Shown here piece by piece: positions 28,829 to 37,515 of a DNA stretch of 64,000 bases. A model generated the notes under the pieces. That model was not told the DNA's origin. It worked only from the letters and a program-made list of their open reading frames with translations, and made no database searches. Position 1 is the first letter of the stretch; each line of letters opens with the position of its first letter. Both the position numbers and the translations under genes were made by a program. Origin of the DNA: an uncultured Myxococcales bacterium (GTDB lineage Bacteria; Myxococcota; UBA4151). The stretch is from NCBI GenBank assembly GCA_964013405.1, contig CAXGWI010000002.1:32040-96039 (forward strand). Direction: 5' to 3'.

Positions 28829-28883
28829 GGGCTCAACTCCTGGCCTGTCTTAGGGCAGGGAGCCGGGGGTTTCCAGAGCGGAG

Positions 28884-30059
28884 TCATCGTCCTGTGCGCA
28901 GGTCTTTGAGATGCTGTTGGGTCTGGAAAAAGGTCAAAACCTTCGGTGCGATCCGGCGCACGGCCGCAGGATCGGTACGGGCCAAAGCGAAAGCTTCGGC
29001 AAATCGCTCGTCGAGGGATAGGCCCGCATATCGGGTGACAGGTAGGGCGCCGGCCGTTTGCTGTTCAAAACGGGAGCGTACCGGCCCCATATGCCGGTCC
29101 GCTTTGGCTTGGGCCCGGGCCTGGTTGTAGCTGGCGATCCGTTGGGAGACGGATTGGACATGGGCCCGTAAACGCTCGGCATCCTCTTGCCGTAACGTGG
29201 GGTCTTTCTGGTCGACCCGACGGTTATAAGCGTCGGTGGCGGCGTTTGCTTCGCGGCGCAGGCGCTCAATGATCCGCTCCTCCTTGTCCAGGGCGCAACT
29301 GGTCGACTTGTAGGCAGCGTTTGCGATGGCATGACCGATTTCGTGTAGGAGCCCGTATTCGGCCATCGAGATGGGTGCTTCGGGGTCACCGGTAAAGACA
29401 CTTGGCCGACCCTCAAAAAGGGTATCGAAGACGCGGACGTGGCTACGACAACCCTTGGAAACATGAAGGGCTGCGTTGTGGGCTCCTTGTTCACCCACAC
29501 GGTGGCGAACGAAGGAGAGATTGCTGATGAGTCGGCGTTCGCCTTCGGTCAGGCGAGCCAAGGCTGAGTGCAGGAGGGCCCGCTCTTTCGCTGACCATGC
29601 TCGGTCCCCGTCGACGGCGACCGGTTGCCGGGCACCCGTAAGGTGACGGTGTTGAAACGAATGCCTTTGTCGGGGGTTGTAGATCAGGACGATCCGGTCA
29701 TCCGGCTCGTGGAGAATCGTGGCGAAGTGTGGTGGGGATTTCGGCCGGGATCGGGGGATGACGAGATCGGCCTCACTCCCCCTTTGGTCCCGTTTGAGGG
29801 CGATATAGAGTGCGATCAGTCCAGGTCGCGGCAGGCCGGCCAGGCGCTGGCTGTCGAGGCTGACGACACGGTTCGTGCTCGTGGTGCGCCAGTATAGTCT
29901 CTGGCCCGCCTTCGACTTCTCGATGGCTGCGAGCAATGTCTTGATGCTTGCGTCCTGGTGCCCTTGGAGTTCGATTTTGGTGCGCTCGTAAAATGGTTCG
30001 GCACCCAGTGGTGTGCCCAGGAGGAGGGCAAACAGACTGGGGATTGAGCACATGGCCAT
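28884..30059 (-). CDS. Putative secreted zincin-like metallopeptidase
   Basis: Signal-like N-terminus; LLHEIGH and downstream YA....DERFAEAF. Confidence 0.65.
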   Translation of the reverse strand: MAMCSIPSLFALLLGTPLGAEPFYERTKIELQGHQDASIKTLLAAIEKSKAGQRLYWRTTSTNRVVSLDSQRLAGLPRPGLIALYIALKRDQRGSEADLVIPRSRPKSPPHFATILHEPDDRIVLIYNPRQRHSFQHRHLTGARQPVAVDGDRAWSAKERALLHSALARLTEGERRLISNLSFVRHRVGEQGAHNAALHVSKGCRSHVRVFDTLFEGRPSVFTGDPEAPISMAEYGLLHEIGHAIANAAYKSTSCALDKEERIIERLRREANAATDAYNRRVDQKDPTLRQEDAERLRAHVQSVSQRIASYNQARAQAKADRHMGPVRSRFEQQTAGALPVTRYAGLSLDERFAEAFALARTDPAAVRRIAPKVLTFFQTQQHLKDLRTGR

Positions 30060-30082
30060 GGTGGGAGCATCCCGATCTGCGA

Positions 30083-33000
30083 TTAGGCCTCGAGGGGTTC
30101 TAGGGGCGCTTCGGCGGGGCTTGTCTCATCGGTGGCCCCCTGACCAAGCATGGCCTTTATATCTTCGATGACGAGGTAACAGCAGGGCACGATCGTCAGG
30201 ATGAAAATGGTTGCGAAAGCGACGCCAAAGGCGAGACTCACGGCCATCGGGATCAAGAACCGAGCCTGAAGGCTGGTTTCAGTGATCATTGGCGCCAGCC
30301 CGAAGAAGGTGGTGAGGCTGGTCAAAAGGATCGGCCGGAATCGGCGCACCGCACCGACCGTTGCCGCGTGGCCAAGGGTATGCCCCTCTTTTCGATAGTC
30401 ATTGATAAAGGCGACCAGGACCAGTGAGTCATTCACCACCACACCGGTCACCGCCAACAGGCCCATCATGGAGAGGATGGTGAGGGGCATGCCAAGGAGT
30501 GCATGACCCCAGACCGCACCGAGGATACCGAAGGGAATGGCGCTCATCACCGCGAAGGGTTGGAAGTAGGACTTAAAGGGAATCGCCACCAAGACATAGA
30601 TGCACAACAGCGCAAAGAGAAAGCCGGTAAAGAGGGACGACATCGACTCATTGTGCTCCTTGCGTTCCCCACCAAAGCGATAGTTGAGGCCAGGGACATC
30701 GGCGAGGATGGCCGGAAGAATCTTTTCACGCAGGGCCTTGTTCACCGTTTGGGGGTCTGTCAGCGCGTCATCGACCTTGGCTTCGACGGTGAGGGTCCGC
30801 TTGCTGTCGACCCGTCGAACGGCTTTCGCCGAGCCGGCCATGGTGATCTCCGCCGCGTCCCCTAGACGCATCTCACCGCCGGTCGGCGTGCGGATCATCA
30901 GGGCTTCGAGATCAGCGAGATGACTGCGTTGCTCCCGTGGCAACGTCACCATCACTCGGACTTCATCTCGCCCAACTTGTTGGCGTTGGGCCTCCATGCC
31001 AAAGAAGGCGCCTCGGACCTGCATGGCTAAATCCCGCTCGGTAAGGCCTAGAGAACGGGCGCCAGGCTTCAAGGAGATATTGAGCTCGGGTTTGCCCACA
31101 TCGCGGCCATCTTCGATATCGACCACACCGGCCAGGCCTTTGAGTTCGGTTGCGAGAAGATCGCTCGCTCGCTCTAATTCACCGCGGTCCGTATGGGCAA
31201 ACTCAACGGAGATGGCGGCGCCGAACTGGGGGCCGATATTGCTGCGGAAGTCGATCACATTGAGGCCGGCGGGCTCACCGATCGAGGCTCGCCAGCGGGC
31301 CTCGAACTCTTTCATTGAGAAGCTGCGGGCTTCACCGGGGACAAACTTCAGTCGGGCCGAGGCGAGGTGGGCGGCTGCGGAAGAGATATCCACGCCGGGA
31401 CGCTCTCGTAAACTCGAGCCCATGCGCGCATACACGCCGATCAATGGGCTTTTCGGAGGGCAGTCGGGACCATCGCAGGCCGCTGTATTTTGCCAAAGGG
31501 GGTCCTCAGCCTGTAGTTCTGCAGCGATCGCCTTCGCCTGGGTCATCACGTGTTCCAGAACCGCTTCTGTTTGTTTCGGTGATACACCCTCGATCATCTC
31601 GATGTTCGCATCGATGCGATCTGCTTCGATCTCACTAAAGAACTTGAACTTGATATGCCCACCGGCCACCGCAGCGCCGGTTAACACCAGACAACTGATC
31701 GCCAAGGCGATGGTGAGGTAGCGTTGCCGGGTGCACCAGCCGATCAGAGGCTGGAGGAAGTTGGCGAGAAACCATTGCAAGCCGCCGTCCACTTTGCCCT
31801 GCACCCAGCGAAAGGGCGCAAGCCAGGCCCGTTCGGGAAACTCATGACTCAAGTGTGCGGGCAAGATGAACAAAGACTCGACCAGGGACATCGCCAAAAC
31901 AGCGATCACGACGATGGGAATGACGTTCATGAATCGCCCCATCATCCCGCCCATGAAAAGCAGGGGAGCGAACGCTGCCATCGTGGTTAGAATCGAGAAT
32001 GTGACCGGGTGCCCCACCTGCCGAGCCCCGACGATGGCAGCTTTCAGTGGTGGGTGGCCTTGTTTCCTTAACTCAAAGATATTTTCTCCGACCACGATGG
32101 CGTCATCGACGACCATGCCGAGGACGAGGATAAAGGCGAAGAGGCTGATCATATTGATCGTACCTCCGGCCGCGGGCAGGATCAGTAAAGAACCGAGGAA
32201 GCTAATTGGGATGCCGAGGGTGACCCAGAAGGCGAGGCGGACTTCGAGAAAGAGACCGAGGACGACGAGGACGAGCACCAGCCCAAGCCAGGCGTTTCGC
32301 ATCAGCAGATCCAAGCGCTCATCAAGCATCTTGGACCAGTCCCGAAGGATATCGAGATTCATGCCCGGCGGCAGCCGGTCGATTAAGGCGCTGCGATAGT
32401 CTTTGACCGCACTGGCGACGGAGCGTGGCGTCTGTTTACCCACCCGCTCGATGTTGAGAATCACGGCCGGTTTACCGTTGTATGTGGAGTAGCTGTCGAT
32501 CTCCTTAAAGCCTTCCCGAATCTCAGCGATATCGCCCAGTCGAAGACGACTACCGTTGACGCCGGAGGTGAGGGTCACATTGGCAAACTCATCTCGGGTA
32601 AAGCGCTGCTCTTTGGTCCGAATCAAAATGTCACCGCTGCGGGTTTTTAGTGAACCACCGGGCATGTCTAAAGATGCTGAGCGCAGTGCCTGAGCGACCA
32701 TTGGGAGGGTGAGCCGGTGCTCTCTCAGGGTTTCTCGGGAGATTTCGACGGTCGTTTGCAGAGGCCGCGTGCCGGAGATTTTGACGTTCGTGACCTCGGA
32801 GAGGCCAGTCAGTTCATCCCGGATCATTTCCGCTCGCTCTCGAAGGCTCTTCTCGCTGGCATCACCCCAAAGCACGAGACTGATCGCCTGGTGGCGAGCT
32901 GAGAGGAGACTGACCATGGGTCTCTCGACGTTCGCTGGAAAGGAGGAGATTCGATCGACCGCTGACTTCACATCGGCAAGGACCCGGTCCTTTGGCGCAT

Positions 33001-33328
33001 TGGCGAGCAACTCGAGCACGGTGAGTGCCGAGCTTTCATTGGCTGTGCAATTGACCCGCTTGATGCCATCAACATCTCGAACGGCCTCTTCGACCCGCAG
33101 ACAGATCGCTTGCTCTGTCTCCTCAGGGCTCGCGCCCGGATAAGGGACGGTGATAAAGAGAAAATCCAAGTCGAAGTCTGGGAAGACCGTCTGCTTGATG
33201 TTGCCAGCCATCAAGGCGCCGCCTGCGAGCAAGCAGATCATGAGCAGATTCGCAACCACCGGGTTGCGGGCCATCCACGACATTGGGCCTGGCTCGACCC
33301 CTTCCAAATCCTGTTCTGGCTCAGTCAT
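30083..33328 (-). CDS. RND efflux permease (AcrB family)
   Basis: 1081 aa; GMVVDDAIVVGEN, GVVVNDSLVLV, RFRPILLTSLTT. Confidence 0.95.
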   Translation of the reverse strand: MTEPEQDLEGVEPGPMSWMARNPVVANLLMICLLAGGALMAGNIKQTVFPDFDLDFLFITVPYPGASPEETEQAICLRVEEAVRDVDGIKRVNCTANESSALTVLELLANAPKDRVLADVKSAVDRISSFPANVERPMVSLLSARHQAISLVLWGDASEKSLRERAEMIRDELTGLSEVTNVKISGTRPLQTTVEISRETLREHRLTLPMVAQALRSASLDMPGGSLKTRSGDILIRTKEQRFTRDEFANVTLTSGVNGSRLRLGDIAEIREGFKEIDSYSTYNGKPAVILNIERVGKQTPRSVASAVKDYRSALIDRLPPGMNLDILRDWSKMLDERLDLLMRNAWLGLVLVLVVLGLFLEVRLAFWVTLGIPISFLGSLLILPAAGGTINMISLFAFILVLGMVVDDAIVVGENIFELRKQGHPPLKAAIVGARQVGHPVTFSILTTMAAFAPLLFMGGMMGRFMNVIPIVVIAVLAMSLVESLFILPAHLSHEFPERAWLAPFRWVQGKVDGGLQWFLANFLQPLIGWCTRQRYLTIALAISCLVLTGAAVAGGHIKFKFFSEIEADRIDANIEMIEGVSPKQTEAVLEHVMTQAKAIAAELQAEDPLWQNTAACDGPDCPPKSPLIGVYARMGSSLRERPGVDISSAAAHLASARLKFVPGEARSFSMKEFEARWRASIGEPAGLNVIDFRSNIGPQFGAAISVEFAHTDRGELERASDLLATELKGLAGVVDIEDGRDVGKPELNISLKPGARSLGLTERDLAMQVRGAFFGMEAQRQQVGRDEVRVMVTLPREQRSHLADLEALMIRTPTGGEMRLGDAAEITMAGSAKAVRRVDSKRTLTVEAKVDDALTDPQTVNKALREKILPAILADVPGLNYRFGGERKEHNESMSSLFTGFLFALLCIYVLVAIPFKSYFQPFAVMSAIPFGILGAVWGHALLGMPLTILSMMGLLAVTGVVVNDSLVLVAFINDYRKEGHTLGHAATVGAVRRFRPILLTSLTTFFGLAPMITETSLQARFLIPMAVSLAFGVAFATIFILTIVPCCYLVIEDIKAMLGQGATDETSPAEAPLEPLEA

Positions 33329-33330
33329 GG

Positions 33331-34497
33331 CTAGTCCGTACTCCCGGATTCTTCGCTTCGCATCGTTCGGGTGCCAATGGCCTTGATCAGCATACCCTCT
33401 ACCAGGCCGCGGACTTTGCTCACCACGACCGAATCGCCATCCTGGAGGTCGCCCGCAATCAGCACACGTTTGGGTTCTCGATGGACCAATTGAACCTGGC
33501 GAGTGACCAACCGGTCGCCTTTCATCAAGTACACCGTATCGTCATTTTGCAGCGCTTCGGCCGGGACTTCGATCACGTCCTTGATCAGCTGCCCTTGAAT
33601 CTCCACGTGGACAAATGCGCCGAATGGTAACTCGGCACCCACACCATTTTCGGGCTGGATGATGACTTGGGACATCCGACCCACTCTGTCGAGTTCGCCG
33701 AGGACCCGGACGAGGCGGGCATCGATGACATGGGGCTTGGCTCCGACTTGAAAACGCAGGCTAGACTTTCGGCCCACGAGGTCCTCGCCGAGTTTTGCCA
33801 ATTCCTCTCGGGCCAATGACACGGTGATCTCCGCTTCTCGGACCGGCAACAGACTTGCCAGAGGCCGACCGGGACCAACCAAGTCCCCCCGGCTGACTTG
33901 ACGGGTCTGAATCACCGCATCGAGGGGCGCCTTGAGTTGACAGCGCTCCAGGGCGAGGGTCGCCAGTTGGACGTTGGCTTTGGCCGACTGAAGGGCTGCT
34001 TCTGCCGCTCGGAGCTGGGGGAGTTGTAACACCAGTTCTGAGGCCGTCTTGCCGGGGTGGGCGATGGCCCACTCGGATTTTGCCGTTTCGTGCCGGGCTT
34101 GGGCCAATGCCACCTGAGATTGGGCCGAGGCTACGCCTGCCACCGCTTGGGAAAGGCGTGCTTGGTAGTCTCGCTCGTCGATTTTGACGAGGAGTTCACC
34201 GGCTTTCACGCTGGCACCTCGGCGCAGTTTCGGGCTCAGCCAAACCACTTGGCCTGTGGCCTGAGCGGTCAATTGAGCAACTGAAATCGGCGCAATGGTC
34301 CCTTGGCCGTGAATCGTTGGCTGAAAATCTTGTCGTTTCGCCTGTGCGGTGATGACTGGGGTCGCCTGCTCACCCTTCGACTCTTTCTTCGGTGGGGGTG
34401 GGCGCCGCCCGATCACGGCTCCGGCACCGCCAACCAGTGCGAAGATCCCGATGATCAGTGCAATGGTGCCGACGACTTTTTTTCGACTCGAACTCAT
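33331..34497 (-). CDS. RND periplasmic adaptor (membrane fusion protein)
   Basis: N-terminal TM, lipoyl-like GQVVWL..VKAGELLVKID, coiled hairpin, LKAPLDAVI. Confidence 0.92.
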   Translation of the reverse strand: MSSSRKKVVGTIALIIGIFALVGGAGAVIGRRPPPPKKESKGEQATPVITAQAKRQDFQPTIHGQGTIAPISVAQLTAQATGQVVWLSPKLRRGASVKAGELLVKIDERDYQARLSQAVAGVASAQSQVALAQARHETAKSEWAIAHPGKTASELVLQLPQLRAAEAALQSAKANVQLATLALERCQLKAPLDAVIQTRQVSRGDLVGPGRPLASLLPVREAEITVSLAREELAKLGEDLVGRKSSLRFQVGAKPHVIDARLVRVLGELDRVGRMSQVIIQPENGVGAELPFGAFVHVEIQGQLIKDVIEVPAEALQNDDTVYLMKGDRLVTRQVQLVHREPKRVLIAGDLQDGDSVVVSKVRGLVEGMLIKAIGTRTMRSEESGSTD

Positions 34498-35981
34498 TGT
34501 CGACCTCCTTTGGGAGAGGAAACCGGCCCTGCGATTGCGCGCATTAACGTGACCCGGTGACTCACCAGTTGCCGTCGTGCACTGATGAGGGATCGCGTGA
34601 CCTGATTGAGGCTTAATTCCGCCTGAAGATAGGACTGATAACCGATCAGACCGTCCCCGTAGCGAGCGAGGGCCAGGTCGCGGGTTGCGCGGACGGCCTT
34701 CGCCTGGGCTTCGAGGCGTTTGATATAGGCCCTTTGACTGTTTTCGGCAGCCATTGCGTTGCTCATTTCAACGACCGCCTCCACGACGGTCTTACGGTAG
34801 CGGAGCGCCAGGGCTCGATATCCGGCCTGGGCGGTCTCGATTTGAGCCTTCACTCGCCCCCCTGAGAAAAGGGGGACGCTTAGCGCACCACCGATATTCC
34901 AAGCCATTTGTTCCCCAGGGTTATCGAAGATGTTGCGCAGGTCATCACCGATGGCCTCTCCCAGATCGGCCAACTCCACGCCTGTTGGGCTGTTCGGTGC
35001 GATGCCCAGGCCCGCATTGGCTTGAATCCGTAGGCTCGGGTATCGGGCGACGAGGGCCTCTCCGAGCCGGTGGTCAGCGCTGCGTAAGCGGGATACGGCC
35101 GCAGCCACATCCGGCCGCCGGAGAATGAGTTCAGCAGAAAGTCCATCTGCCGGGAGCGCTTCCGGGACCGGAAAGTCCAGTCGCAGCCCGAGGGCACCGG
35201 GAACCGTTCGGGTTTCGCCTTGCAACGCAGCCAACTGCAAGGCTGCTGATGCAAGTCGGTTCTTGAGTAGGGGAACCTGTGCATGGGTGGTGGCGATCAG
35301 TTGTTCCTGCTGATGGACGGCGAGAAGGTCACCGAGCCCTTTTTGGTGTCGGTTTTGGAGCAGCGCCAGCTGCTTCTCTTGGAGTTCGAGGGATACTTCT
35401 AACTGTTTGAGTTGGGCCCGAGCCTCAATGGCTGCCAGGTAGAGTTCGACGGTTCGGCCCGCGAGCAGCAAAGCCGTGGTTTGCCGGTCTGCTTGTGCCG
35501 CCATGAGATCCGCTTCAGCCGCTGCCTTGCCGTGGCGAAGACGTCCGAAGAGATCCGCTTCGTAGGCCAAGCTAAACTGGCTGGTCAGGGAGACGGCGTA
35601 GGGGTCCTCAGGCTGAGCCGGGGGCTCGAAGCCTGGGATCGGCGGCAGATTGAACTCCATGACCTGCCCCGGTTGAAAGTTACCGTTCACCGCAAGGTTT
35701 ACCTGGGGGAGCATGCCTGCGCGACGAAGCCGGACCAGGGCCCGTTGTTGGTTCAACTGCTGGTCGATGGCATGCAGGTCTAGGTTCGTTGCGAGCACGG
35801 CTTTGACGGTGCTGTTGAGCTTGGGATCACCAAGGCTTTCCCACCAGGCCACCGGTTGGAGGGACTTTGATGGGCCGATCGCAGGGGCCTTAAGGTCGGC
35901 AACGGGTGGTATGGGTCGGGGGCCGTGGAGGACACAGCCTGATCCGGCCAGGGCCAATAGAGCGGTTGCGAGGAGCCTCAT
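34494..35981 (-). CDS. TolC/OprM-family outer-membrane efflux lipoprotein
   Basis: Lipobox GSGC; WWESLGDPKL, YEADLFGR, LRRPDVAAA, PLFSGGR. Confidence 0.92.
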   Translation of the reverse strand: MRLLATALLALAGSGCVLHGPRPIPPVADLKAPAIGPSKSLQPVAWWESLGDPKLNSTVKAVLATNLDLHAIDQQLNQQRALVRLRRAGMLPQVNLAVNGNFQPGQVMEFNLPPIPGFEPPAQPEDPYAVSLTSQFSLAYEADLFGRLRHGKAAAEADLMAAQADRQTTALLLAGRTVELYLAAIEARAQLKQLEVSLELQEKQLALLQNRHQKGLGDLLAVHQQEQLIATTHAQVPLLKNRLASAALQLAALQGETRTVPGALGLRLDFPVPEALPADGLSAELILRRPDVAAAVSRLRSADHRLGEALVARYPSLRIQANAGLGIAPNSPTGVELADLGEAIGDDLRNIFDNPGEQMAWNIGGALSVPLFSGGRVKAQIETAQAGYRALALRYRKTVVEAVVEMSNAMAAENSQRAYIKRLEAQAKAVRATRDLALARYGDGLIGYQSYLQAELSLNQVTRSLISARRQLVSHRVTLMRAIAGPVSSPKGGRQ

Positions 35982-36583
35982 GATGCCTCGGGCTGACGAA
36001 GAAGGGCGATCAACGTCTCGGTAAGTTCGGTGGAGGTTGGTGCGAAAGGAAGCCTGTCCGTAAAGCTACTTCGAGCAACAAAGATGATGTGGCGCATGGT
36101 GGCCATGACGATGGGGGCCAGTTCTTCGGGGCTAAGATCCTGTCGAATCGTCCCCTCCTCTTGACCCTCCATCAGCGTTTGTAACGTACGTTCTCGGCCG
36201 GCCATCATCGTCGACATGATACGTACGAGGGCCTCTTGGGGGAGGACGTGGGCGATCTGGGTCGAGAACATGAAACTGCAGAGTCCGGGAATTTCATAAC
36301 TGGCCTCACTAATTCGCAGCAGTCTGCCCCGGAGGCGCTCGGTTGCCGAAGCCTCGGGTTCCGGTGCCATGATAACCGTTTGCATGTGGGAGGTCAGCAG
36401 GTGGACACAGGTTGAAAGGATTTCATCCTTCGATTTAAAGTGACGGAAGAGAGCCCCGGTCGTGAAGCCAAGTTGTTCAGCTAAGGCCGACGTGGTGAGC
36501 CCTTGCGGTCCGACTTTGTCGATGAGCGCGAGGGCCGCGTAGGCGATGTCCAGTTGGCGTGATGTGAGTTTTTCTTCAGGCAT
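35978..36583 (-). CDS. TetR/AcrR-family transcriptional regulator
   Basis: N-terminal HTH GLTTSALAEQLGFTTGALFRHFKSKDEI; first gene of the RND operon. Confidence 0.92.
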   Translation of the reverse strand: MPEEKLTSRQLDIAYAALALIDKVGPQGLTTSALAEQLGFTTGALFRHFKSKDEILSTCVHLLTSHMQTVIMAPEPEASATERLRGRLLRISEASYEIPGLCSFMFSTQIAHVLPQEALVRIMSTMMAGRERTLQTLMEGQEEGTIRQDLSPEELAPIVMATMRHIIFVARSSFTDRLPFAPTSTELTETLIALLRQPEAS

Positions 36584-36590
36584 GGCTAGA

Positions 36591-36619
36591 CTTATAAGTA
36601 AGTAGTTACTTACGGTCAA
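36591..36619 (-). promoter_or_regulatory. Sigma-70-type promoter TTGACC-17bp-TATAAG for tetR/RND operon (probably leaderless)
   Basis: Minus strand reads TTGACC gtaagtaactacttact TATAAG tctagcc ATG; no Shine-Dalgarno present. Confidence 0.65.
36598..36613. promoter_or_regulatory. TetR operator 1, perfect palindrome GTAAGTA-GT-TACTTAC
   Basis: Lies between the -35 and -10 boxes. Confidence 0.75.
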
Positions 36620-36626
36620 GTCGCTG

Positions 36627-36644
36627 CGTAAGTAAGTGCTTACG
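36627..36644. promoter_or_regulatory. TetR operator 2, cGTAAGTA-AG-TGCTTACg
   Basis: Near copy of operator 1, offset by 30 bp. Confidence 0.7.
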
Positions 36645-36837
36645 TACTATTGCGTTTCTTTCCTGGTTGTCGGTCATTTTGGTTGTTTTGATCGATTTTC
36701 GGGTTTATTTTAGCAGGGAATCGAAAAAATCAACACTAAAGGTTCCGGTCCAGTGGAAACAGCTTGGATCTATGCTTTCGCATCTTGCCCCGTGAGAAGG
36801 CCTCGCTTCCAAGGAGACTTTGGCTTAACAGCGCGGC

Positions 36838-37515
36838 ATGGTGGATCGATTTTCCGGACCCGCACCCCGTGGCGTGAAGGTTGCCGCTCTGGTTTTAGGC
36901 ATCACCTGTCTCATCGGCATGGGGGGCCTTGGCCTCTTCTATTCTCTCGATCACGAGATCGAAAAAGAGATCAGTGCCGGTGAGCAAAGCAGTCGTGGTA
37001 CATTGTTTTCATCCTATCCGGACCTCATGTGGCGGCTCCTGATGCAGCGGAAATTTCCCAAAGACTATGGCCCCGGGGCCGGTTTAGCCCGGGGGCAAGG
37101 AAGCCTTTGTGAGTTTTTCATCGAGCGTCATTTGGATCGAGCGTCCAGTCCTTGGATCGGTTGGTTGGCGAAGCCCTTCAGTGAACACCTCGTCACAACA
37201 TACATCGAAAAGCGCCGACTTATGTTGTTCTTCGCGAATGATTGGGACGGTCCGCCCCGTGGCCTGGACCATCAATCGATCAAGCGCTTTGGAAAGGCGC
37301 CGACAGACCTCGATGCCCGACAGGTCGTCACCTTGGTTTTGATGGCCACCGGTACTCCAGAGTCGAAGTTGGTCGGCGAGACCAATACGACCTACGACCA
37401 GCTTGTTCGCGGCTGCCAGCATCTCGCGGCATCCCTCGATCGGCCCCGATACTGCGAGGCGTTGTTACGAGGCGCAGGTGCTAGCTCGGTCCCCAGCGAG
37501 TCAGAATCCCCATAA
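36838..37515 (+). CDS. Membrane-anchored protein with degenerate peptidoglycan transglycosylase (GT51)-like domain
   Basis: Single N-terminal TM; GQGSLCEFFIERHL, KRRLMLFFAN, RGLDHQSIKRFGKAPTDLDARQVVTLV echo GT51 motifs. Confidence 0.55.
   Translation: MVDRFSGPAPRGVKVAALVLGITCLIGMGGLGLFYSLDHEIEKEISAGEQSSRGTLFSSYPDLMWRLLMQRKFPKDYGPGAGLARGQGSLCEFFIERHLDRASSPWIGWLAKPFSEHLVTTYIEKRRLMLFFANDWDGPPRGLDHQSIKRFGKAPTDLDARQVVTLVLMATGTPESKLVGETNTTYDQLVRGCQHLAASLDRPRYCEALLRGAGASSVPSESESP

Noticed and set aside
36645..36837. AT-rich intergenic segment
   Set aside because: Consistent with ordinary promoter DNA; no repeat, att site or RNA motif recognised.
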